A stretch of 64,000 bases of DNA from a virus, in the IMG/VR virus record IMGVR_UViG_3300042465_006864, positions 1 to 64,000 of that record. One strand, 5' to 3'. The notes under the pieces are model-generated. The model had not been told where the DNA came from. It searched no databases and saw only the letters and a list, made by a program, of their open reading frames with translations. Below, piece by piece: positions 49,978 to 59,878 of the stretch. How positions within the stretch are numbered: the stretch's first letter is position 1; each line of letters opens with the position of its first letter. A program made the position numbers and the translations under genes.

Positions 49978-50455
49978 AACATACACAGCGCCAATCACTC
50001 ATCTTGAAGACGATGAGGTGTTTGCATTTGGAGCAAACGAACAGGGCTTCCATGGCGGCGGAGCGGCAGGATATGCATCTTTTGGCGGAACGGGCAACCT
50101 TTGGCGCTCCTACAACTATCATGAACTGCCTGATGGCTGGAAAGGAAAGTGGAACGTCAAAGGCAAAATTGGTCCACAGCAAGGCACAGAGGGCAAATCA
50201 TTCGCACTTGTCACTGTAACAAGACCTGGGGCAAGAAAAAGTATCAAAGTTGACTTTAAACCACTTTTTGAATGTTGTCATCGCAATCCACAGTGGAAAT
50301 TCTACTACGCGCAATCAGGAGAAAAAGGATTAAACGGTTGGACTCCACATGAAATGGCGCAATTCGTAGTAGATAGTGGCGCGATACCTGATAATTTGTA
50401 TTTTGATGCCACTTTCGCGCCATTTATAATCGACAAACTTAAAAAAAATGAATAA
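49970..50455 (+). CDS. macro-domain-like protein
   Basis: VFAFGANEQGFHGGGAAGYA resembles the (I/V)FVFGSNxxGxHxGGAA macro-like family. Confidence 0.55.
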   Translation: MIKTYTAPITHLEDDEVFAFGANEQGFHGGGAAGYASFGGTGNLWRSYNYHELPDGWKGKWNVKGKIGPQQGTEGKSFALVTVTRPGARKSIKVDFKPLFECCHRNPQWKFYYAQSGEKGLNGWTPHEMAQFVVDSGAIPDNLYFDATFAPFIIDKLKKNE

Positions 50456-51340
50456 AAAAGAAATAATCCAAGAAGAACTGGCAAAAATGGTAGAAACCAA
50501 GTCAAAAAAACCGTGCCGAATCAAGTATAAAGATCAATTTTTGATTACCAGCACAAAAAAGACTGTTTGGAAGACGCTAGGTGCGGCAAAAAATGCGTTA
50601 CGGCATCATTTTGGCAATAGAGCAACAGCTTATTCCCGTGGCTATAACAGCTATCAAGAATATTATAAAAGCGTTGGCAAAACACAACCTTATAGCTACA
50701 GCGAAGTCAAGCAAAGAGAAAAAGAATTCTTTGATGCTTTATATGAAGAGGTGGAATTTGTTTTTGTGTGAAAAATAACTTGACAACCCGCAAAAAATCT
50801 CGTAAATTGTCGCCGCAATAATATGAAACCAATCAAAGGAAAAACATATCGCCTAAAAGATGGAGATCGGATTTTAAGAGGCATTTATTCTGGTGAGGAA
50901 GATGGTTCTCCCACTATTTATAAATTTTTTATTTTCGATGATACTGATGATCGTAAATGGTTTTCAGAATCTGAAATCATCGAAGAAATACTTGAATTGC
51001 AAAAAATTATAAAATAAAAAATATGAGAACAAAACAATTTGAATTAAACAACAGCAGCATTGCTTATGGCGAGTCAATTGAAGGGTTGATTAAGACTCTT
51101 GAGAGCCTTAACGAACGAGCAAAGGAGCAAGGAGCAATTAGCACATCTATTTATTTCTTTCCAGGAAGCGATGGGTATATAGATATTTACGGCACTCGAT
51201 ACATGACACCTGAAGAGATTGCAAAAGCTGAAGCAGACGATGCAGTCAGAAACCAAAAACAACTTGACTACGAGCGCAGACAATACGAAGCTCTTAGAGC
51301 AAAATTCGAAACAACAAAAAACGCAGACAATCAAAAATAA
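50448..51340 (+). other. three small hypothetical CDSs (50448..50771, 50823..51017, 51023..51340)
   Basis: Co-oriented; TTGACA-N17-TAAATT at 50780-50808. Confidence 0.55.
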
Positions 51341-51385
51341 ATATTGACAAACTTCACAGTTTAGATACAGTTCGTTTAGCACATT

Positions 51386-51766
51386 ATGACAATCACACAA
51401 CAACTTAAAGTAAAGGAATTCCCATTCATCATCAGAAATTCAAAAGGTCAAGAGGTTTACTGGGAGAACTCCGATGGATTTTGGGTAAAACGTGAATACG
51501 ATTCCAATGGTAATGAGATTTACTTCGAGAACTCTTATGGAAGTTGGGAGAAGCGTGAATACGATTCCGATAGTAATCGGATTTACTTCGAGAAATCTAA
51601 TGGATTTTGGGCAAAAAGTGAATATGATTCTAATGGTAAAGAGATTTACTGGGAGAATTCCGATAGAGAAATCATTGATAATCGTCCCAAGACAGAAATC
51701 CAAAAAGCCATTGAACTTCTCACGAAAGAAGGATTGATCGTAGATGGTAAGATTTTAAAAAACTAA
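51386..51766 (+). CDS. 20-aa repeat protein (YFENSxGxWxKxEYDSxG)
   Basis: About 3.5 tandem 60-bp repeats; duplicate of the next gene. Confidence 0.8.
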   Translation: MTITQQLKVKEFPFIIRNSKGQEVYWENSDGFWVKREYDSNGNEIYFENSYGSWEKREYDSDSNRIYFEKSNGFWAKSEYDSNGKEIYWENSDREIIDNRPKTEIQKAIELLTKEGLIVDGKILKN

Positions 51767-51785
51767 GATACAATCATAACATAAT

Positions 51786-52169
51786 ATGAAAACAATAGCA
51801 CAACAACTTAATGTAAAGGAATTCCCATTCATCATCAGAAATTCAAAAGGTCAAGAGATTTACTGGGAGAACTCAGATGGACGTTGGCATAAACGTGAAT
51901 ACGATTCCAAAGGTAATCAGATTTACTACGAGAACTCTTATGGAAGTTGGGAGAAGCGTGAATACGATTCTAAGGGTAATCAGATTTACTTCGAGAACTC
52001 TAATGGATACTGGGCAAAAAGTGAATACGATTCCAAAGGTAAAGATATTTACTACGAGAACTCTAATGGAACAGTCATTGATAATCGCCCGAAAACAGAA
52101 ATCCAAAAGGCAATCGAACTTTTGACAAAAGAAGGATTGCTGGTAGATGGAAAGATTTTAAAACAATAA
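51786..52169 (+). CDS. 20-aa repeat protein, tandem paralogue
   Basis: Near-identical N- and C-termini to 51386..51766. Confidence 0.8.
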   Translation: MKTIAQQLNVKEFPFIIRNSKGQEIYWENSDGRWHKREYDSKGNQIYYENSYGSWEKREYDSKGNQIYFENSNGYWAKSEYDSKGKDIYYENSNGTVIDNRPKTEIQKAIELLTKEGLLVDGKILKQ

Positions 52170-52177
52170 AAACAAGC

Positions 52178-52735
52178 ATGAAACTATTCTGGGACATTGA
52201 TGAAACGCTGATTCACTCTCGCGCTTACATTCACGAAAAATACAAACACACATTCATTGTTGATGTTTACGACGAACTCTACTATACTTGTGTAAGACCC
52301 TGCGCGAAACAAGTGATTGAATACAGCCGCGAAGTATTCGGGGCAGATAATGTATATATCCTCACCGCTGCCGCAGAGCTTTACGCTCAACGCATCAATA
52401 AACTAGCGAAATGGAACTTCCCCGAAGATCATATCATTGGGCGCGAAACAACTGAGCGTTACTGCATCAATATACCAAGCCTGTATGGTAGCGACACTTT
52501 CGTAAGCGAACATCCTTTGGCTAATAAAAACAACCTTTTAATTGATAATTTATTTCCGCCATTTAATCATGAAAAGACATCATTAATGTTGATTAATCAA
52601 AAAAATTACTTGACAGTCGAAGACTATATTGGTAATAATCTTGACGACGACATCTTCAGAGATAAAGTGAAACATTTTATGGATGATGCGCTGAACCGTT
52701 ACGCTGACAATTTAATAGAACAACAAAAACAATGA
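52178..52735 (+). CDS. HAD-superfamily phosphatase (FCP1/NIF-like)
   Basis: WDIDETLIH (DxDxT), VRP, ILTAA, LLIDN. Confidence 0.8.
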   Translation: MKLFWDIDETLIHSRAYIHEKYKHTFIVDVYDELYYTCVRPCAKQVIEYSREVFGADNVYILTAAAELYAQRINKLAKWNFPEDHIIGRETTERYCINIPSLYGSDTFVSEHPLANKNNLLIDNLFPPFNHEKTSLMLINQKNYLTVEDYIGNNLDDDIFRDKVKHFMDDALNRYADNLIEQQKQ

Positions 52736-53675
52736 AAATCGGAGACACAATAACATGCATAGACACTTGCTATGCGCAAGAACTTATAGATGGTGGTGAG
52801 TATCGTATTGTCGATATTAACGAACGTGGCAACCTTCAAATCCAAACGATTGAAGATTATCAAACTTTATCCTATTACTACGATCCTGATAGATTTGAAC
52901 TAATCGTTGATGACGAGACGACTATCTCTAATGAGATTGTAGTTGATTTTGGCGGCATCAAGATTAGGCTTTATGATGATCGTTCTGTTTTATTTGGTGG
53001 CTCAGTGCCAACTATCGGATGTTCCGATAAAGAGATTGATAACCTCATTCGCGCTCTTCTCGCTTTTCGCAACGGTGAAACTTATTAAACAATAAATAAA
53101 TAAATAAAATGAATTATACAAACGAACAAATTAAAAAACCATCTCCTAATAGCAACATTAAAGACGTAATGGAAGAGTTGCATCACAACATTATGATAAA
53201 TCGAGAACTTATAGCTATTCTGGAAGACCGAACGCTTCCGATTCGCCTTGAGAGTCCGACAGTAGCTACAACAACTTCTGATAAACCGTACCCTCCTCTT
53301 TCCGCAATCGAAGCATCTATTTGGGATTATAAAGAAACAGTTCAGCGAAACAATAACGCGATAAATCACATTCTTGAAACTTTGCGACTTTAATACATGA
53401 AATTACAAACAGTCGCAGAAGTAGCTGCCATTGAAGGCAGTTGGGACACAAAAGCTTTGCGTATGACAGATCACGCGCAAAAACTCGAAAGTAAATCTCT
53501 TTTGGCGTTGGCGACTCTCAACTTATTAGTGGATGCAGTTGAACAGGCTATTGAGTTTGGCGATTGGAAAGTTGATGGGCGTTGTGATCCTGATATGGTG
53601 CTATCGTGCGCAAGAGACTTACTATTTGACAATGGATATGAAAAAAGTCTTGACACGCTAGCACAAGAAGTGTAA
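52732..53675 (+). other. three small hypothetical CDSs (52732..53088, 53109..53393, 53397..53675)
   Basis: Co-oriented ORFs. Confidence 0.55.
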
Positions 53676-53683
53676 TAATCTTC

Positions 53684-53975
53684 TGGCGCTGACATACCGC
53701 TTAGTATGTCCCTACACTCGCGTTCATTGCATTGAGGGCTAAGATGCACTCCCAGAGGGGTGCATTGACGAAGGCAGCACCAGACTAGGCATAGTTTAAG
53801 AGCCTTACGAACTTGAGCGACCTGAACAGTGGATGCGAGTGTGGGAAACCATAAAAGAACTAGCGCTAACATCAGATAAGCGTACTATGAGCTTACGAAG
53901 GCTAGCTTAAAAATTCGTGGCAAGTAAATGTAGGGAAATTGTCTGGTTGACTGTCGTGAACAGAGCGACTTAAAC
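53684..53975 (+). ncRNA. putative large structured ncRNA (about 290 nt)
   Basis: 19-bp long-range helix, several hairpins and a possible pseudoknot; follows TTGACA (53650) and GTGTAA (53670). Confidence 0.65.
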
Positions 53976-53987
53976 TTTCTAATAAAT

Positions 53988-55826
53988 ATGATTAAAAATA
54001 TATTAGTATATTCTTCCGTTGGAGACATTTGCACATTCTTTCCGATGTGGAAACACGATAAAATTCAATACGCTTTCAATTACTACGGCAACAATACAGA
54101 GCGAAAAGAGCATATTAAATCATGCTGCGACTACTTTAGCCACATAAAAGGCACGAAGTTTAATTTGTTTTCAAAATTATTTGGGACACTGCCTCTATTT
54201 GATTACTATGTATTGCTCGACGACGATCTTAATCTCACAGGCGCAGATATTATGCAAATGGTTGAGAAAATGGACGCTTTAGGCTACGGTGTAGGATCGC
54301 CATCACATTCTCCAGAGGGAAGCATGTCGTGGTCTATCATGAAGACTCAAGACAGCAGCGAATACCGAAGCGTCGATTTTGTTGAAATGACTGGCGTTAT
54401 TTTTAATCAACAAGAAATGAAAAGATTTTTGGATGCTTATACTCCTTACGCCGATCAAATGGTTGGTTTTGGCGTGGATTATATCATTCATAGCGTTTGC
54501 AATAAGCCGTTTGTTATTTTTGACAACGTATCAGTGGTAAATCCAACCAATGAACAAAAGGGAATCAAACAACAAGAAATAGAAACATATTTATCGGGGC
54601 AAAGTGATAGAGATATGTGGGAAAAAGTTCTTGCCGATCCTAACAATAGTTTTGTAGCTTATTCGCCGAAAACAATTAGCCTCAAAAAGAGAAAGACTGT
54701 CCCGAAAGTCAACATTGACAGCTTTTTAAAATCATTAAAAAAGAAAAAAGTACACGCCTTTCAATCTTTAGCGTCAGCTACTAAAAAGCGACTAGAGCAG
54801 CATGGATTGATTGTTGATTATATCAGTAACCAAAGCGGTCATCGCAAACCTGATTCTGATGTTTTAGTTATAGATTTCAATACAGCGTCTTTTGGAAAAG
54901 ATTGCGAGAGCGTTAATCAACACAAATACAAATACAAAAAAATTCTTTTAATAGGTTTTTTGGTTACGGATTACAACGGTCATGATTATAGTGATGACTT
55001 GGCTAAATTACCCCAACACACAATAGTCGAGGCGTTGGATGATTATAGCGATAGATTTTATAGCAAATTTCTATTAGGTCAATTTGTTGGCACACCAGAT
55101 GATGTCACGAATAAAGTCAGTGTTGTTTGCGCTTGCATGAATCGTAACGATGTTTTGCGAGTCAACATAACTTCTTGGCTGCATTTTTCGGAAGTTGGAG
55201 AGATTGTTGTTGTTGATTGGAGCAGCGATCAGCCTTTAGACTATCTAACAACACTAGACCCAAGAATCAAAGTAATAAGAGTAGACGGTCAAAAGCAATT
55301 TAATATATCACAGGCATTTAACTTAGCGATAGATAATGCAAGCTTAGAATACGTATTGAAATTAGACACTGATTACTTTTTAAATCCGTATTATAATTTT
55401 TTTAAACATCATCCAATGAATTCTGAGGTATTTTACGCAGGAAATTGGAATATCGACTCAGAGCTTCCCGCACCTATATTTCAACATTTGGCTGGATTGT
55501 GCTACGTTCAGAGAGATGTGCTAGCGTCAATCAACGGATATAACGAACATTTTTCGGGCTATGGTTATGATGATGCTGATTTACGCATTCGATTACAAAG
55601 TGTTCATGTTGGTAAATTGCTTCCAATTAAATACGATTACAGTATTATGCACATACCTCACGCAAGCTCGCTGAGAATAGCTCACTACATCGACAGTCAA
55701 TACAACGTATCAAACAACAAAGAAACTGCAAAAAACATGGGCATCGCTCCAAACAGAGTAAGATCGTGGACGATAAAAAATACACAAAACCCCAATTATT
55801 TTCTTGCACACGATCCAACTCTGTGA
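53988..55826 (+). CDS. multi-domain glycosyltransferase (GT-A N-terminus plus GT2/GT7C-like C-terminus)
   Basis: LLDDDL and VDFVEM; SVVCACMNR, VVVDWSS, LKLDTD, INGYNEHFSGYGYDDADL. Confidence 0.85.
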   Translation: MIKNILVYSSVGDICTFFPMWKHDKIQYAFNYYGNNTERKEHIKSCCDYFSHIKGTKFNLFSKLFGTLPLFDYYVLLDDDLNLTGADIMQMVEKMDALGYGVGSPSHSPEGSMSWSIMKTQDSSEYRSVDFVEMTGVIFNQQEMKRFLDAYTPYADQMVGFGVDYIIHSVCNKPFVIFDNVSVVNPTNEQKGIKQQEIETYLSGQSDRDMWEKVLADPNNSFVAYSPKTISLKKRKTVPKVNIDSFLKSLKKKKVHAFQSLASATKKRLEQHGLIVDYISNQSGHRKPDSDVLVIDFNTASFGKDCESVNQHKYKYKKILLIGFLVTDYNGHDYSDDLAKLPQHTIVEALDDYSDRFYSKFLLGQFVGTPDDVTNKVSVVCACMNRNDVLRVNITSWLHFSEVGEIVVVDWSSDQPLDYLTTLDPRIKVIRVDGQKQFNISQAFNLAIDNASLEYVLKLDTDYFLNPYYNFFKHHPMNSEVFYAGNWNIDSELPAPIFQHLAGLCYVQRDVLASINGYNEHFSGYGYDDADLRIRLQSVHVGKLLPIKYDYSIMHIPHASSLRIAHYIDSQYNVSNNKETAKNMGIAPNRVRSWTIKNTQNPNYFLAHDPTL

Positions 55827-55855
55827 TATAGTCAGCACACGAACATATAAACACA

Positions 55856-56146
55856 ATGATTAAAAACATTACAGCAGAAGAAATTAAAACAACATACCGC
55901 GACAATCATGGATTCGCATTTGTTTCGGCGCAACCAGTTTCTGACGATGCAATCTATCGACTGGCAGATTCATTGATTCAATTCAACATTGCGACTAAAC
56001 ATCCTATTGTCGTGACACGTTATCAACAAGGCGTGGTTTTTATTTACGATGATTTCGACGCTCCTAAGTTTTTCGCTAAGGCGCAATTTGCAGAGCAGGT
56101 GCTTGGTATTTGCAAAATAGTTCCATTTTTGGAGTATGTGAAGTAA
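55856..56146 (+). CDS. hypothetical protein
   Basis: 96-aa ORF. Confidence 0.6.
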   Translation: MIKNITAEEIKTTYRDNHGFAFVSAQPVSDDAIYRLADSLIQFNIATKHPIVVTRYQQGVVFIYDDFDAPKFFAKAQFAEQVLGICKIVPFLEYVK

Positions 56147-56153
56147 CAATTTT

Positions 56154-56308
56154 GAGCGTGTGGCGGAATTAGACGCAGTGGGTTCGACTCCCACCTCCTC
56201 CATTCTTGGAGAGACGAGAAACGGACGAGACTAACAGGTGAGAGTCCAGTGCTTCCATTTCGGGGGCAGCGTTAGTCATGCAGGTAATCAATCCTGCCAC
56301 GCTCGCCA
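56154..56308 (+). ncRNA. giant tRNA-like RNA with a large insert replacing the anticodon arm
   Basis: GAGCGTG/CACGCTC-G-CCA acceptor; Leu/Ser-type D-arm; GCAGG/CCTGC T-stem; second internal TTCGA arm. Confidence 0.7.
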
Positions 56309-56339
56309 ATTAAAAATAATAAAAACAATAAAAAAACAA

Positions 56340-57817
56340 ATGAAGTCAATTGATCTTGCGATGGCGTTTATCTCTTTAGCTCTAATAGCTATATTTGGGA
56401 CTTGTATGGCAATGTTTGGAGCTGATGAAGTGGCAAGTCTACGAAAGCAAGCTATAGAACGTGGACATGCTGAATACGTGGTAGACTCAAATGGAAAAAT
56501 AACTTGGCAATGGAAGGATGCAAAATGATGAATGTTAGTGTAATTGATGTTTTTTATAGCATTGTGATTCTTGCGCTATTTATTATAATTTTTAGGAACG
56601 CAATAGATAAAACGCATCAACTTTCGCATGATTTCAAAAAATTAACAGAGCTTGAAAAAGAATTAGAGACGCGAGATCTGAATCAAGCTGAGCGTGAGGA
56701 ATTAAAAAAAGAACTGGCCGCATTTGGCATAAAAAGCTATGACTGACCTAGAAATCAACGCCGCAATTGCAGAATCATTAGGCTACATGGACATTTACCG
56801 TTGTGGACAAAGTGGTAAACGCACTGAGCAGGGACTGTTGCACGGCAAACTGCTTTGCGGCACTCTGGATCAGCCGTCAATAAACTATGGGCGCGAGTAT
56901 GAGTTTATCAAACGATACACGCATTGTCTCAACGCGATGCACGAAGCTATGCTTGCGCACCCTCGCAAAGACCTGCTAAGAAAATTCCTATACTTGGAAG
57001 TATTAGAAGACCCAACAAACACAACAAACGAACCAGCATGGGCAACAGCTAAACAGTGGGCAACGGCTTACGTAAAATCATTAGGAAAGTGGAGCTACAA
57101 TGACTAATAAACAAAAAAGAAATAAACTATGAACTACCCATTTTACGAACCTGTAACTATTAGCATCCCAGAGCAAGACCTAAGAAACATTCTTGATTGC
57201 TTAGAGTCGGGGTTAGAAAGCTCACAAGAACTACTGATACAACACGATGTCAATTTCGGGCGCACAACCAAAAAAAATAAAATGCTCGCCAACATTCTGG
57301 AATCAGAAATCGAGCGTACAAAATCATCAATCACATTACTAAAAAATTCAATTGGAGCAGCGGAACAAATAATTAAAAATTACAAAAAACAATGAGCGAA
57401 ACACCAAGAACAGACGTTGGAGTAGATTATTGGATTAATACTGGCGAACTCACAGAACTAAGAGACATTTCAGAAGAAATGGAACATGAACTTTTTCGCG
57501 CCAATAATTTAATCAAAGATTGTTTGGCGGCAATGCCAGTTGGTTATATTCCAACTCATACCCGCGAAAACCTGCCATCTATGATCGCTGATTTGGCGAG
57601 AGAACTAGCAGAAGAAACTCAAAACAGCGAAAAGCTAGAGAAAGAACTCGCCTCAATGACCCAACAAAGAGACGCTTTGATTATGTTCCTAGAATGCGAA
57701 ATGAACTGGATGTTCTTTCGGGCAGAGTATCAATTAGGTGAGAATCCCACACAACACGAACTCAATGGCAACAAAGTGCGTGAATACTTACAAAGCAAAG
57801 GATGGGAGGCAAAATGA
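56340..57817 (+). other. five small hypothetical CDSs (56340..56528, about 56525..56746, 56739..57107, 57129..57395, 57392..57817)
   Basis: Contiguous co-oriented ORFs; the first two have TM helices. Confidence 0.55.
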
Positions 57818-57929
57818 CCATTATTTTCGGGGCAAGTAGTAATTTCAAATAATTTTACAACGAAACGCTTTAAAACAAATGCTTTGCTAATTATGAATAA
57901 GCGTTTGAACAGTATGTTTTTATTGTTTA

Positions 57930-59268
57930 TGGGACATTTTGACGCAGTAGTTTGAACAAGTGCGACATTTTGTCACAGCGTATTCTGAGCATACTTTTCT
58001 ATGATAAAAACGTAGGAGAAAAAGAAGCCAAATTACGAACGACAAACAGCTAAATACGGAGACACCGACTCGCGAAGCCAAAACGCTGGAACCATTGAGT
58101 ATCAATGGTTTTTTGCTCCTACCACTCCCCTTTTTACCACTTTCCATACAGTATAACATAGGGGGGAATATACAGTAACGTATAGGGTAAATACAACAGA
58201 AGAAACAGCGTATGGGAACAATATGAGGAAAGAGGGTAGGGTGGGGATGGATTCACTGACTTTAAACTCTTTTTTATTCAATTTTCCTTGATTTATCAAC
58301 GTTTTTCCACAATATATTGATTTTTCTCTTGACACTCTACTATATATGGTATATATTTTCCCCCTATGAAGAAAACGCTTATGTTTTTGTTGGTGGCGCT
58401 CCCGCTGGGAGCAGTATTGAGTATCGTTTTGTCCATTATCCTAGCAGGTGTGACATTTTGTCGCAGTTTCGCTGACTACTGGGCATACATCATCGTGCAG
58501 TTCTTTCCCCTATATGGAGAAAAAGAACCAGAACAGCAACCAGAACAACAACCAGAACAAATTAAAACAAACGTTTGGGACCGACACATCGCTCGCATGG
58601 AAGCATTGCAGCAAGAAGAAGAAAACAAAAAAAACTAAATTACGAACGACAAACGGCGAAATAAACGAAAACAAATTACGAACGATTTTCGGCTAAATAA
58701 ACAATTAAATTACGAACGAAAATGAGCCAAATAAACAAAGAAAAAATAGAACTAACAAAAAGATTCATTCGAAGCCTCGCGGAACTACAAGACGAGCATT
58801 ACACAATCTTGTTACAAGAGACAGACATATCTCCAAACGCAGAAGGCTTTTTGTTTGATTACGTATACAACAGCAATTGGACCACTTTCGAAGCGTACCT
58901 TGAGGCGTATGGTTACGATAGTCCAATTTACGAATCAGAAAGCGACAAATAAACTGCCCCAAATTACGAACGATTTAACCCGAAATAATATATGAAAGAA
59001 ACAGCACCAGCAAATAATGAAATTACGAACGATATTCTCCTAAATAAAGAAGGAGTTAAAATGAGCCTAGAAGAAATCATGTGGGAAGCTCGCCGCAGAA
59101 AGAATAGAAAACTTTATACTATGGCGCGGAACGAACTGGGTCTAGGTAAACATTGGCTACAGCAGAAGCGATTGCCCAAGTCGCGGCAGTGGGGCGGCGG
59201 CATTAAATAGTATTTAAAATTACGAACGATATTGCCCGAAATAAACGGGGGTGTGGCATTTTGTCGCA
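57930..59268. repeat. four copies of a 17-bp palindrome, consensus TGYGACATTTTGTCRCA
   Basis: At 57930 (degenerate), 57961, 58449 and 59252 (one mismatch). Confidence 0.75.
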
Positions 59269-59328
59269 CCTCCAATTACGAACGATTTTTTTCTAAATAA
59301 ATTACGAACCTCTTTGCCCGAAATAAAC
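58031..59328 (+). repeat. nine direct repeats AATTACGAACGA-N7-C-NAAATAAA
   Basis: Copies start at 58031, 58638, 58674, 58708, 58962, 59021, 59218, 59274 and 59300 (variant AATTACGAACCT). Confidence 0.9.
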
Positions 59329-59564
59329 AAATGAAACCATACTATTACGTAGCGATGAAGCTCACTAACGGATTGAAGGACATCTCAATCCTCTCCAGAC
59401 ACGACACTTTAGAATCTGCGGTTAAAGCTTCGGAGACGTATGCGGAACAGCGCCCGACTACAACATTCGAAGTGCTACAGTGTGTGGCGATCAGTAGCAC
59501 CCCAAAACCACTTGCCACAACCTTCTACTTAGATAAAGCCCTCAATAATATTCCTACTGATTAA
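58366..59564 (+). other. small CDSs interspersed with the repeats (58366..58638, 58722..58952, 58992..59210, 59331..59564)
   Basis: TTGACA-N17-TATATT at 58329-58357 precedes the first. Confidence 0.5.
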
Positions 59565-59622
59565 AAAATATTTAAAAAAGATCTTGACACATCGGTAGTT
59601 GGTATGGTAATTTCGCGGCGAC

Positions 59623-59877
59623 ATGAACTCAGACAATACAAAACGTGGTAAGGGCAGACCTGCTGGGAGCAATAGCTTCGTAAGAGTGCGCCTATGTGAT
59701 CTAGTAAATTTGATTGGAGCAAACGCTACTGTTCCTGTATCTAAGGTGTGGCTTCGCGAGAATGGATTTGAGGAAGCGGTAAATGCTCCGCTACCAACGA
59801 TTTCTTTTCGTGCTGTTGAACCAGAAGCAGAACCAGAAGAAAAAATCGAATTCTCTATCACTACATTTGAAGACTAA
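59623..59877 (+). CDS. small AT-hook-containing DNA-binding protein
   Basis: KRGKGRPAGS at the N-terminus; own promoter TTGACA-N18-TAATTT (59584-59613). Confidence 0.6.
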   Translation: MNSDNTKRGKGRPAGSNSFVRVRLCDLVNLIGANATVPVSKVWLRENGFEEAVNAPLPTISFRAVEPEAEPEEKIEFSITTFED

Positions 59878-59878
59878 T

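Noticed and set aside
53684-53975. tmRNA or RNase P RNA
   Set aside because: It starts GGCGCTGA but has no 3' T-arm/CCA and no GAGGAAAGTCC-type P4 motif; kept as an unassigned ncRNA.
56238-56339. N-terminal extension of ORF 56238..56528
   Set aside because: It overlaps the tRNA-like RNA; ATG 56340 after an A-rich leader is the more plausible start.
58031-59328. CRISPR array
   Set aside because: The repeat core is only 12 bp, spacing is irregular (26 to about 600 nt) with ORFs in between, and no cas genes are present.
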